This document shows, one piece after another, positions 24,319 through 35,798 of a stretch of 64,000 nt of DNA; positions within the stretch are counted from its first letter, which is position 1, and every line of letters starts with the position of its first letter. The notes beneath the pieces are model-generated. The model did not search any database. It was not told the origin of the DNA and worked only from the letters and a program-made list of their open reading frames with translations. Location: positions 2,976,001-3,040,000 of the forward strand of contig NW_024704769.1 in the NCBI RefSeq assembly GCF_018977255.1, in the 5' to 3' direction. Both the position numbers and the translations under genes were made by a program. The stretch is from Callorhinchus milii (lineage: Eukaryota).

Positions 24319-25982
24319 ATGTCGGGCTGGGAGGCGGCCGAGGCCTGCGCCGAGGACTGGGCGGACGACGAGCGGATGGCGCACCTCTTCTCGGCCTTCA
24401 AGCGGAGCCGCGAGGTCAACAGCCGCGACTGGGACAGTAAGATGGGCTTCTGGGCGGCCCTGGTGGCCCGGGCGGCCCGCGGCCGGGGGGCCCTGAGCTT
24501 CAGCCTGGCCGACCTGCAGCTCTGGTTCCTCAGGAAGGGCTCGGCGCCGCTCGGCCTGCGGGTCGTGCTGGACGACATGATCAGGTGAACGAGTGTAGTG
24601 ACTGTGTACGTCATTGAGCCCCACCGCCACTACCACCGCCGCCAGCAGCAAACGCACAGTCACTACACCTCACGGTCGTATCCCGGGAAGGCGCTTTGAG
24701 ACGATGATTACTAGTAAAGTGTAGTGACTGTGTACGTTCAACCCACCAAACGCACAGTCACTACACTTCGGAGCGCATCCTGTGGAGTGATTTGAGATTA
24801 TGATTATTATTAGTGTAGTGACTGTGTACGTTATTGAACCCACCAAACGCACAGCCACTACACTTCGGAGCGCATCCTGTGGAGTGATTTGAGATTATGA
24901 TTATTATTATTAGTGTAGTGACTGTGTGTATGTTATTGAGGATGTCCCAAGACTCCAGACAGTTGGGTCGGGACCCGAGCATTGGGGGGGGGAGATGGTC
25001 AGGGTGAGGGGAGGGAGCGAGGAGGGGGGGAGATGGTCAGGGGGAGGGGAGGGAGCGAGGAGGGGGAGATGGTCAGGGGAGGGGAGGGAGCGAGGAGGGA
25101 GGGGAGATGGTCAGGGGGAGGGGAGGGAGGGAGCGAGGAGGGGGGAGATGGTCAGGGTGAGGGGAGGGGAGGGAGGGAGCGAGGAGGTGGGAGATGGTCA
25201 GGGGGAGGGGAGGGAGGGAGCGAGGAGGGGGGAGATGGTCAGGGTGAGGGGAGGGAGGGAGCGAGGAGGGGGGAATGGTCAGGGTGAGGGAAGGGAGGGA
25301 GCGAGAAGGGGTAGAGAGTCGAGAGCGGAGCTGAAGGTACGGTCAAAGAGAGAGGTCTTGAGACCGGCCTTGAAGGAGGAAAGGGAGGAAGCGGCGGTGG
25401 CACTGGGGGATGGAGTTCCAGAGCCTCGGGGCCGAGAGGCTGAAGGCCACCGATGGCCGGGCGGTTGGGGCGGTTGGGGCGGAGCTCCAGGCAAAAGAAG
25501 TGACAAATCTGCGAATAAATAAATAAGGAATAACTCAGGATAAACGGTTAGAAATTGAGCGCTCGTCAGCTCGGCCCCGCGCTGACGTGTCGGATCTTTG
25601 CTTCGCTCCCTTCCCAAGGCGAGGGCTGATTCAGAAAGAGTCCAACTTTGCGGCAAACGTTGATGCCAGCTGGCTGGCGTGGGGCGTGGGCCTGCTTCTG
25701 GTCAAACCCCTCAAGTGGACCCTCTCCTCCATGCTTGGCACCGATCAGTTGTCCCCGGATGAGTCCTTCGTCCTGGTCGAACTCGTCGAGGTGAGTTTAA
25801 ATCCGTCCGGGGTGTTGCTCTCCCTGCCCCTGCTTGCAAAAAAAAAAAAACCAGCCACTACACTTGACTTGCTTTCACCGGGGTGATAATCTCACACCCA
25901 CGCACAAAAAAAAAATGAGCTCAAGTCTGCCTGTTGGGGTGGATGTTAAAGATCCTGCGGCAATATTGGAAGAGAGAAGGGA

Positions 25983-26020
<38 letters not shown>

Positions 26021-29000
26021 CTCTCTCTCGGTGTCTGGTGGAGCGCCTTGAGACGTCCTGACCACTTGATAAGGCGCTGTAATCAAATGCATCGGATTTC
26101 GCGCCCTTTCCCACTTCCCGGCTCCGCGCTTTTGTGACCTTCCCCGCCGTGACTTTTGCAGGAGAAGGCAGCCCAGGTCTTGCAGCTTTGCCAGAAGTCT
26201 CTGCACTCCTCGCATCCCGTGGGGAGCTTTGCGGAGCTCCAGGCTGTGTGTCTGAGCACGTGCCCGGACGACAGGAGTTTCTACCTCGCTCTGCTGCAGC
26301 TGCAAAAGGAGAAGCGGGTGGCTGTCGCGGAGCTCGATGGCGAGAAGGTAAAAATATATCTGTCTCTGGGTCATGCACACGGTAGGTTTAATATCGTGCG
26401 CGTGTGCGTATGTGCCCCCGTGCGTGTGTGTGTGTGTGGGCTCAGCCCCCTTGTGACAATATCGCCTGGTCCCTGTACAGATTGTGAAGTTTGCTCGCTC
26501 GTCCCACCACAAAGTTTCCCCGGTGAACGAGATCGACATCGGAATCTTCCAGCTGATGAGGTGCGAGAAGTTGCTGAACCAGAAGGTGGAGTCTCTGAGC
26601 GAGGACGCAGAGAGGTGTGAGGAATTCTTCCACGCCGGTGACGTGTTTCAGTCTCGGGGAGGGAGGTGGGAGGGTGGGTTTGCTTGTAGTACTTGTAATG
26701 CTTCGGTCAACACCTCCTACCCCCACCCTCCCTGCCCTCCAACCACCCCCCTGATCCCAACACCCCCCCTCCCTTACAGGATAAATTGTACAGTGGAAAA
26801 ATCATTGAATTAGCTTGTGAGATGGTTGGATTTGGTGAAGGTGTGACTGATCAATGAAAAAAGATTCCTTGCTCTCTTCCCACCACAAGAACAGCCCTGC
26901 CTAGCGGTGGCTGGAACAGAAGAGGTTTATCGTACCCTGAGAAAGCAAGCGTTTTCTTTAACAGGCTCTTTTGTCTCCAGGTGCAAGAAGGAAGCTCAAA
27001 GCTACCTGAAGACTGGGAAGAAACAGCTGGTGAGTGAGGTGCAGTTTTTCTCCCCTTCTCCTTGTGTTTCAAAATGCATCCCCTCGCCTTTATGCTCACT
27101 CACCGTTCACCAAAGTGTGCGTCGATTCCTGCAGAGATCAAGGCAGCATGTGGTCTCATCTTTATTGAGGTTCATGCCCCCACATACACACACACACACA
27201 CAGAATTGAGGGCTGCTCATCTTGATGCTTGAAGGCTGCTGCCTTACTCTGAGAGCTTGTGTCAGACCGAGCTTGCTGAGCTCTCTCTCTCTCTCTCTCT
27301 CTCTCCCTCTTCCTCACCTCTCTCTTTCTCAGGCACTGAAATGTCTGAAAACCAAGAAGAAGTCAGAGAAACGTCTGGAGAATATCCATGCCAAACTGGA
27401 CACCATTCAGACCATCCTGGACCGCATCTACTCATCACAGTCGGACAAAATGGTCAGTCTTTTAAACTGCTGAAGAGTCTAGATAATATAGACCGTGATA
27501 AGCTGTTTTATCTTCTACTCAACAGTAGAATCAGAGGACACGGCCTGTGATTGAAGGGGGTAAATTCAGAACAAATCTGCCGAAACGCGAAAGGCGCTAT
27601 ACAAATGTAATGTTGCTGTTGTTGTTTCTGTCTGTGTCAGGTGGTGGATGCGTACCAGGCTGGTCTGGGAGCCCTGAAGCAGTCCATGAAAGACGTGACT
27701 GTCAGCAAAGTGGAGAGTCTCATGGATCAGATCGAGGAGGTGAGTGGAGCTTCTCCTGATCTTGGGGCTGATGTGTCACTGACTCGGATTAAACCGAAAT
27801 TGCACATAGACAAGTAACATGAGAACAGAGAACAAGACAGCCTCTTTACCCTCCCTGCCTTCCACCCTCCCCTCCTGATTCCAACCCCCCACCCCACCCA
27901 CTCCCAGCTTGGGTCCAAATCCCTGACCATCCAGCGCCTTGGGACATCCTCTTGACCACTGTTAAGTTCTGAGACGCTGCCTGGCATGAAGGGCGCTATA
28001 TAAATGCAAGTTGTTAATGTTGTAACTGCCGAACTCTACAGCTGATTTCTACCCCTTTGTTGTCCTAAAACGCTCCCTCTTTTCCTTTCAGTTCTGCGAC
28101 ACCCAGGAGGATATAAACCAGGCGATTGCCGGAGCGAACCTGGGCCCAGCAGGTTAGTGCTGGAAACTCTCAACTCCTTTCTTCACCGCGTCCCCTGATT
28201 CTCAATTCACAAGGTGAAACGCACAGATTTCCTAGACATCAAAACAACTCCACAGGTAACGGTGGAGGGGAGAGAGGGAGGGAACGAGGGAGAGGGGAGG
28301 AAAGTGAAACCCGGAGAGTTGTTAAAGCTCCGGCCTTCTGCATGTCCCTCGTGCACGCTTTCAGCCCCTCCGCCTTGCCCCTTCCTTCTCCATGTTCAGG
28401 TCGCGTCTGAAGACCTTCCTCTTCAATCAGTGCTTACGGTCACCTCTTTCCCCACCACCCCACCGGCTCATCGTCATGCTCCACCACTTTCAAGCACTCA
28501 AGTACGCTGCCCTGCGTGAGGGGAGCTGTGTAAATGCAAGTTGTTGTTGTTGGTTAATGGCTCTTTGTCTGTCCTGGTTCAGGTGCTGTGGACATGGATG
28601 AATTGGAAGAGGAGCTGAACACTCTTCTGGCCGAAGTCACGCAAGAAGAGTCCAAGCTCCCAGACGTTCCGAGCACTCCTTTGCCCTGGTCTTCCTCGGC
28701 TAGCGTTCCTGCTGCTGATTTGATTGACCATGAGTTGGAAGCAGAGCTCAGAAAGCTCACCCTGTCCGACACACGTAAGTAGATGGATCTTCTTGAATAA
28801 AGCAGCGCTGGATTAGTCGGTGCACTCTAAACACATGGGAGCATCTGCTATCTTTACAGCGTTAAATAATAATAATCCTTGCATTTGATACAGCGCCTTA
28901 TCAAGTCTTCGAGACGTCTCAAAGCGCTTCACAGGAAACACTGTAAAGTGAATTGACTGTGTATTTTGTGGGGTGAATGTTCCAAACCTGAATGGACCAG

Positions 29001-29146
29001 CAGTGAGTGCCAGAGCTGTGCTCTACACTTGTACGTTTGAAACGATATTGAAGGCCATTCTTTGTTGTTTCTTAACAGGTATCCAGGCCGGTGCTGTTGA
29101 CTCAGCTTCCACAAACAAGGCCTTGTTGGACCCAACGGCATTATAA
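24319..29146 (+). CDS. CHMP7: Charged multivesicular body protein 7, about 448 aa
   Basis: Exons 24319-24584, 25619-25790, 26162-26347, 26481-26614, 26981-27029, 27333-27452, 27641-27739, 28092-28152, 28583-28774, 29079-29146 join in frame. Motifs [46 protein letters not shown], Snf7 core VVDAYQAG, and [12 protein letters not shown]. Confidence 0.95.
24593..24930. repeat. Tandem array of SINE-derived hairpins
   Basis: Three GTGTAGTGACTGTG..CACAG(T/C)CACTACAC inverted repeats plus a fourth half unit. Confidence 0.75.
24940..25480 (-). mobile_element. L2 3' fragment with expanded internal G-rich minisatellite
   Basis: Residual [19 protein letters not shown] coding and about 8 copies of GGGGAGATGGTCAGGG(T/G)GAGGGGAGGGAG..CGAGGA at 24985-25305. 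Confidence 0.8.
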
Positions 29147-30169
29147 CATCAGTGAGCAGAACCTTTTTGTCTTGTACTGCACATACAGACTGTCCTCTCA
29201 ATATGAGGCACGAAGGGAAGGAGAGAGGGAGAGCGCAAGAGAGAGAACATCATTCAGATTTCACATCCTTTTATTCAGTCCTTACAGAGTCTTCCAGTGC
29301 CCGGGGCTGTCTGCATTGATTTGTGTTTGAGATGTGTTTGTGCTACTGTGTGGAGAGAAAGACAAATGCAGCATAGATGCAAAATGGAACTTATCAGCCT
29401 CTCCTCCACCACAAGGGGGAAACTTCTTTTTCTCACGCACTCATAAGGCAGTCGCGGGTTTACAATGTTTCTCCTCCCGCAAGCCTTGCTCCAGCTCTCA
29501 GATGAGAGAGCCGCTGTTTTGTGTGAGGCTAGAGACGTCAAGCAGTGTGGAGCAGTTGCTCTTCAGATCAGTCGAAGAGAGTTTGTGTGTCCACCTTCCT
29601 TCCTCAGCCCTAATCGCAAAGTGTAATCGCATAATGTGCCGTGAGATGAGATCAACTGTGTGTTTCTAATTCACTCTTTACATGTGGCTGGTGCTGTGTT
29701 GGTATGAGGCGAAAGCGGGGAGGGAATTTGGGGGTGAGGGGTGGAGTGGTCGGAAATTAACCCAATGAACTGTCAGCTAGCTGGGGGGGGGGGCAAAGAG
29801 CCCCCAATTCTGCTCTGCTCTGTGATACGGGTTCCTTTGAGACGATGAGTATGCAGAAGCTGATCTGTAACTGTGCCAAACCTGTGTTAGAAATGCACGT
29901 GTAATAGTCCGACAGTGGGGTTAGCAAATAGAGTGAGCGTAATGCAGTTACAGGGTCTCTGTCCTTAATGATTGCCATTGGGAATAGTTCCCGGGACTCG
30001 TGGAGGGGTTGCGTTGTGATTCCCCTCACTCCCCCCCGCCCCCCCACCTCCCATTCCCTAATCTCTTTCTCCGTGGTTCGGTGCAATCTTTTGAGTGTCT
30101 TTGATATTGTGTAATTATATTCCTATAAACCACTTGTTCGAAGGACAGAAAAATAATGGAAGTCGACTG

Positions 30170-30182
30170 AATAAAAAATAAA
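30170..30182 (+). terminator. Putative CHMP7 polyadenylation signals
   Basis: Tandem AATAAA at 30170 and 30177, about 1 kb after the stop. Confidence 0.55.
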
Positions 30183-30757
30183 AGCACCTTTTTTTGCACT
30201 GTGACAAACTTTCCCCGACCTCCGTAAATACGTGTGAAATTGGCTGCCGCGTTGGCTCGCAAAACACACAGTCACTATACTTTGCAGTGTGTCTTGTGAA
30301 GCGCTTTGAGATGTCTTGACGATGTGATAAGACGCTGTATCAATGGCAAGCTATGTACGGCTTTAGCTGGTTAGACGCCAGCAGTTACCCCCAACGCACA
30401 CTCTGGGCTCCCCCCAAGCCTTGGCTCTTCCAAACCTGTGCCTAATAGATTCCTGAATGATGTTCAGATAGAGAGGGGGGGGAGGCAAGATAGACGGGGA
30501 GAGAGAGAACGTGCCAGTGGTTGAAGGTGTCACAGCTGAACGCACAGAGGAGGGGACAGGAGGCAGAGAGCAAAGTCTGGACACAAATAAAATAGTGTAA
30601 TTCAGACTTGAATCGGTCCTGTCTCTCGTAACGCAGTGTCCCCTTGCAGTTTGGTTCTTCCAAGCATTACGCAGCTGATCCCAATGTGCTACGTGACTGG
30701 TTGGAGATTAAACCACTTTCACCTGTTAATAGCACTTGGTTTCAGCTGGAGACTTAT

Positions 30758-31072
30758 AATAATAATCCTCGCATTTGACATAGCCCTTTTCACGTCGGGA
30801 GGACGTCCCAAAGCGCTTCACAGAACACACTGTAAAGTGAATTGACTGTATATTTGTGGGCGAACGCGGCAGCCAATTGCGCACAGCAATGTCCCACAAA
30901 CAGTCGTAGATTGAAAATGACCAATTTCTTATTGTTTTGGTTTTTTTTGGAGGGATTATAATTAGGCTCTGTGTGGCGTAAGGAAACTTGCCCCAAGGTT
31001 TCGCCCTCTGCCTGGAATTGAACTCAGGTCTCTCGCTCGCAAAGCGAGTGCTCTAACCACTGAGCTACAGGA
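30758..31072 (-). mobile_element. tRNA-Ala SINE, young short subfamily
   Basis: Near-identical to copies at 51760-52093 and 60070-60393. Confidence 0.85.
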
Positions 31073-32098
31073 ATTGGCACGCCCAAGGTTTTGTTTCCGC
31101 AATGCGAGGAGGAAAAAAACCTTTGCCTCTGCAACTCCCTCAGTATTGCAGCGTGTCCCGAGGGAAGGCTGTCCCATTTCAACCTCGTTCCACGCGACTG
31201 ATGTGTGGCTCAGTGTCAACTGCCAAGTAAGTGTAGTGCGTCTTAGCTGAAAGAATGATTCCCTCCCATCCAGCTGCTGCTGCTTGGCTTGTGTGTGTGA
31301 GTGTGTGTGTGTGTGTGCGCGTACGTACGTACGTACCACTGGCTCAGTTTTTAGCCTTGGAATCAGTTGTAAGGGATCACATAGTCTTAAGCTGACTTTT
31401 CAGGACAACCCTGGGGTGAGAAGAGAAGGGAGTTACACTCTCTCCCGGTGTGCTGGCCGTCAATCCCCCAAATAAAATGGCTGTTTGTGGGGCGTTGCTG
31501 TGTGTAAACTGGCTACCGCGTTTCACTCACAACACATGGGAGTCGCTACACGTTACGGTATACCCTGCGAAGCGCTTTGAGACGTCGATGCTGCAATAAG
31601 GCGCCGTATCGGATGCGAGGATGATGATCATTATGAGACACGTTTGTTAGTGTTGCTGAGCAGACACAGTGCCAGGCTCTGAATCCATTGCTTCTCAAAG
31701 CCTTGAGATCATCCCTGCGCTCCATGCTGCGACAGTGCGCAGAGCGCAACGCAGTAAATCGGTCGAACGCCACCACCTGCGAACCACAGGCTTCGTTGTA
31801 AACCGGCATTTTTTAGCCGACGGCTGTCTGTTCTATGGAAACACCGATGGTTTCCGTGTAACGCCAGAACAGCAATTGACGGGGGGGGGGGCTTGACAAC
31901 CACAAGAGGTCAGGCCAGGAGAGGATAACGGGTACGTGGGGGGGAAAGGAGAAAGCGTGGTTCATCTTTAATTAAATTCCACACGTTACGAGGAGCGGGG
32001 TAGAAGCTTGACACTTCCTGCGTTGTCTCTGGGCACCGGTTTCCAGCACCAGCAGCCGGTGAAAGCATATCAGCCGCACGGACGTTGATGACTTGATG

Positions 32099-32400
32099 TG
32101 GAGTCCCGCAGGGAAGTGGTTAGAGCACTCGCCTCGCGAGCGAGAGGACCCGGGATCGGTTCCCGGGTGGGGTGAAACCTTGGGCAAGTTTCCTTACTCC
32201 ACACACACACCCCTCCGTTTACCGAGCAGTAAGTGGGAACCCGGTTAGTCAATTGGCAGATCGCTTTCTGGGGGTGCAATTGGCTGCCGCCTTTCGCCCA
32301 CAAAACACACAGTCACTCCACTTCGCAGCATATCCTGTGAAGCGCTTTGAGACGTCTCACCGATGTGATGAGGCGCTGTATCAAATGCAAGGATTGTTAT
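32099..32400 (+). mobile_element. tRNA-derived Deu-like SINE
   Basis: GTGGAGTCCCG..AGTGGTTAGAGCACTCGCCTCGCGAGCGAGAGGACCCGGG head, followed by body and tail. Confidence 0.8.
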
Positions 32401-33513
32401 TAGATATTGGATTATATTTGTGTTTCACTTTTTCTTATGGTCCAGGCTTACAGTCCAGTGCTGGGGGAGATGGTGATACAGCGCCTTGGGACGTCCTCCC
32501 GACGTGAAAGGCGCTCTATAAATGGAATCTTGTTGTTGTTGTTGTTGTTGCTCTTCAGATAAGAGTGCTCTTTGAGTGCCCACTGCGCTATTAGAAAAGA
32601 GGACTTCTTTCTTTGCTGACAGTCCATCGCATTAATGGATCATTCGCTGCTTCTGGGACCTTCCTGATGCTAACGGTTGTCACCTTTTCCCATAAAACCA
32701 AAGGTGACACTTGACACTAATCACTTGTGAAGCACTTTGAGATGTTTCAGTGCGAGAGGAATTTCTCTTGCTGTCCGTTTTAATTACCTGCGTCGTATTG
32801 CAGTAGAGTATCAACTTGGAAGCCTTCAAGTCAAATGTTATCTCGATTAAGTAGCAATAACAGTCTTTGCATTTGATATAGTGTCTTACTTCACGTCATC
32901 GAGAGCACTGTCTGGCAAGCTTCCCGCTTGCTTGTCCAGCAAAGCAAGACCCTACCTGTGAGGGCTTTGGCTTACAGGGCTATTGGGGTCTAAGTAGGAA
33001 GAAACCTAGAACCCCCAGATGTTTGTAGGCATTAAAAACCAACTACAATAATAATTTGATTTCATAGAGTGCCTTATCATGTCGTCGAGACGTCTCAATT
33101 CGCTTCACGGAATATACTGTCAAGTGTAGTGACCGTGTATTGTATGAGCCAAACACAGCAGCCAATTTATGAACAACTCACATTCCTATAGCTCGCTTCA
33201 GTGTCTCGGAGCACTTAATAGACTGGATGGTCCGTGTGGAGTGTGACACACACTTGACCTGGCTTTACCTGTTTGCAACCTTCAGTGATCCATGAATAAT
33301 AATCTTCACGTTAACATTAAATAATAAAAATGTTTTACTTGCAGTCAGACACTTGTTTCTCACCAGTTAAAAAAAAATCCGCGTATGAATAATGCCTCCT
33401 GCATTTGTTATGCATTAAACTCTTCATGACTTGTCGTTCCAAGAGAGAAGCGCTCAGTGACAACTTATTAGCAGCCGCGAGCCAGGCATATGTATGAATA
33501 TTTTTTGATGTAT

Positions 33514-34495
33514 AACAACAACAACAAGATTCCATTTATAGAGCGCCTTTCACGTCAGGAGGACGTCCCAAGGCGCTGCACAGTTGGGTCATGACCCGAG
33601 CAGGGGGGAAATGGTCAGGGTGAGCGGAGGGAAGGGAGGGAGAGAGGAGGGGGAAATGGTCAGGGTGAGGGGAGGGAAGGGAGGGAGAGAGGAGGGGGGA
33701 AATGGTCAGGGTGAGGGGAGGGAAGGGAGGGAGCGAGGAGGAGGAAGAGAGTCGAGAGGGGAGCTGAAGGCACGGTCAAAGAGAAAGGTTTTGAGACCGG
33801 CCTTGAAGGAGGAAAGGGAGGAAGCGGCGAAGGCACTGGGGATAGAGTTCCAGAGCCTCGGGGCTGAGAGGCTGAAGGCCCGACCACCGATGGTAGGGCG
33901 GTTGGGGCGGGGGACGTGGAGCAGACCAGAGCCAGAGGAACGGAAGGTACGGGCAGGTAGGTAGGGGGATAGTAGGTTGGAGAGGTAGGAGGGAGCAAGG
34001 CCGTGAATGGCCTTGTAGGTGAGGATGAGGATCTTGAAATCAATCCTCTGGGGGATGGGGAGCCAGTGGAGGCGAGCGAGGGTGGGAGTGATGTGGTCGC
34101 GGTGTCTGGTGCGGGACAGTACACGAGCTGCAGAGTTCTGAATGACCTGCAGTGTGGAGGGAGGTGGCGGGAAGGCCGGCGAGGGGAGAGTTCCCATAGT
34201 CCAGCCTTGAGGTGACAAAGGCGTGAACCAGGGTTTCAGCGGCGTGAGGGGTGAGGTAGTGCCGTAGTCTGGCGATATTCCGGAGGTGATGGAAGGCGGT
34301 GCGGATGTGAGGGAGAAAGGACAGCTCAGGGTCGAACAAAACGCCGAGGTTCCTGACTGGCTTTGAGAGGTGGAGAGTGCAGCCTTGGATGCTGATGGTG
34401 TCAGCGCCTGAGGTGCGGAGGCGCTGACGTGAGCCAATCAGGAGGGCCTCGGTTTTTCGCACGTTGAGCTGAAGAAAGTTGTCTCTCGTCCAGGA
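33514..34495 (-). mobile_element. L2-clade LINE, 5'-truncated (C-terminal part of ORF2 plus 3' UTR), frameshifted
   Basis: Two overlapping frames give KTEALLIG..VRNLGVLFDPELSF..HLRNIARLR..LVHAFVTSRLDYGN and [66 protein letters not shown], then the stem-loop tail and (TTG)n. Confidence 0.92.
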
Positions 34496-35626
34496 CTCGA
34501 TAATAAATATTGGCAGCGCAATGACTTAAGTGGCAGTGACAAGCTACGGCGGGGGAGGGTTATCAGGGGTTTTACTGTGTGTGTGTGTGTGTGTGTGTGT
34601 AAATATATTTGTGCAAATGTTACCAGAAGCAACGTACCTGCACTGAATGAGTTAATCAGAGAGAGGGAGAGACAGCTTCAGCAGACTGACGCGATGGGAA
34701 TAGAGAGTGCAATAGAGTGTGTTTGCCTGGTGCATGTTGTCTGCTTTTCTCCGTAACCAGTGGACTCAGGACAGAGGCCGACAATACGAAAGCAGGAAGG
34801 CTACAATCTCCCGGTTGATTGCCGCCGCCTGCACTTGTCTCAGTTGAAACTATGGCCGTCCATCAACAACAGCAGCAGCAACAACAACTTGCATTTTATA
34901 CAGCGTCCTTCGCGCAGGACAGCGTCTCGGAGCAACTAGCAAAGAGCGGAGGGTGCATTGGACGGGCGTACATTTGTCTTTGAACAGGATTTCTCAGCTC
35001 TGCGCAGCACAACTTCGAGGAGTTGATCCATCTTTTTTTGCTTCATATCTCAGCTCTGGTGAAACGAAACAGCCACTGTTAGTCTTGGAAATTGAATTGA
35101 TCGTTTGAACCCCCTCCCCCCACCCCCCACCCCCCTCCAAATCAGAGGGGTGTCGCAGGGAGAGAGAGAAAGAGAGAGATTATGGGCTGATATCAGTCTA
35201 AGAGCTTCGGGGTTTTCTAACGACCAAACAAAAGGTTTGTGTGTGAATGCATCCACAATAATAATAATGATAATAATATTAATCCTTGCATTTGATCTAG
35301 CGCTTTATCAAGTTGTTGAGACGTCTCAAAGCTCTTCACGGAATATACCGCAAAGTGTAGTGTAGTGTCCGTGTATTTTGTGGGCGCAAGCCACCCCAAC
35401 CCGGCGCAGGAAACGTGGGCAAGGCTTTAATCTCAGAGGTGCTATTGTGAAGCAAACGAAAGAGAAAGATCAAAGAGTTGACCGCTTTCCTCCATCTCAC
35501 TTTACCGACACCAGCCAAGTTTTCTGCAGATCCAGCGAGAGAGAGAGAGAGAGAGTGTGTGTGGGAGGGAAGGTGGTGAGTTCTTGGGGCTTTGTTGAGT
35601 CAGAAGCTTTGAGTGAGACGCAGGTG

Positions 35627-35659
<33 letters not shown>

Positions 35660-35798
35660 GAGAAAGCGCGAGAGTGTGGGATGGCTCATGGATGGATGGA
35701 TGGTTCCTGGGGTTTTACTGAACCGGAGACGCAGATGTGAAGAGAGAGAGAGAGGGGGGAAGAGAGACAGACAGACAGAAAGAGAGAGAGAAATTGAT

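Noticed and set aside
24926-25522. 198-aa G/E/R-rich ORF
   Set aside because: Read-through of the L2 minisatellite on the antisense strand.
35613-35798. R/E-rich N-terminal extension of the dopamine receptor ORF
   Set aside because: Translation of (GA)n microsatellites from a non-ATG start; the ATG at 35799 gives a normal-length N-terminus.
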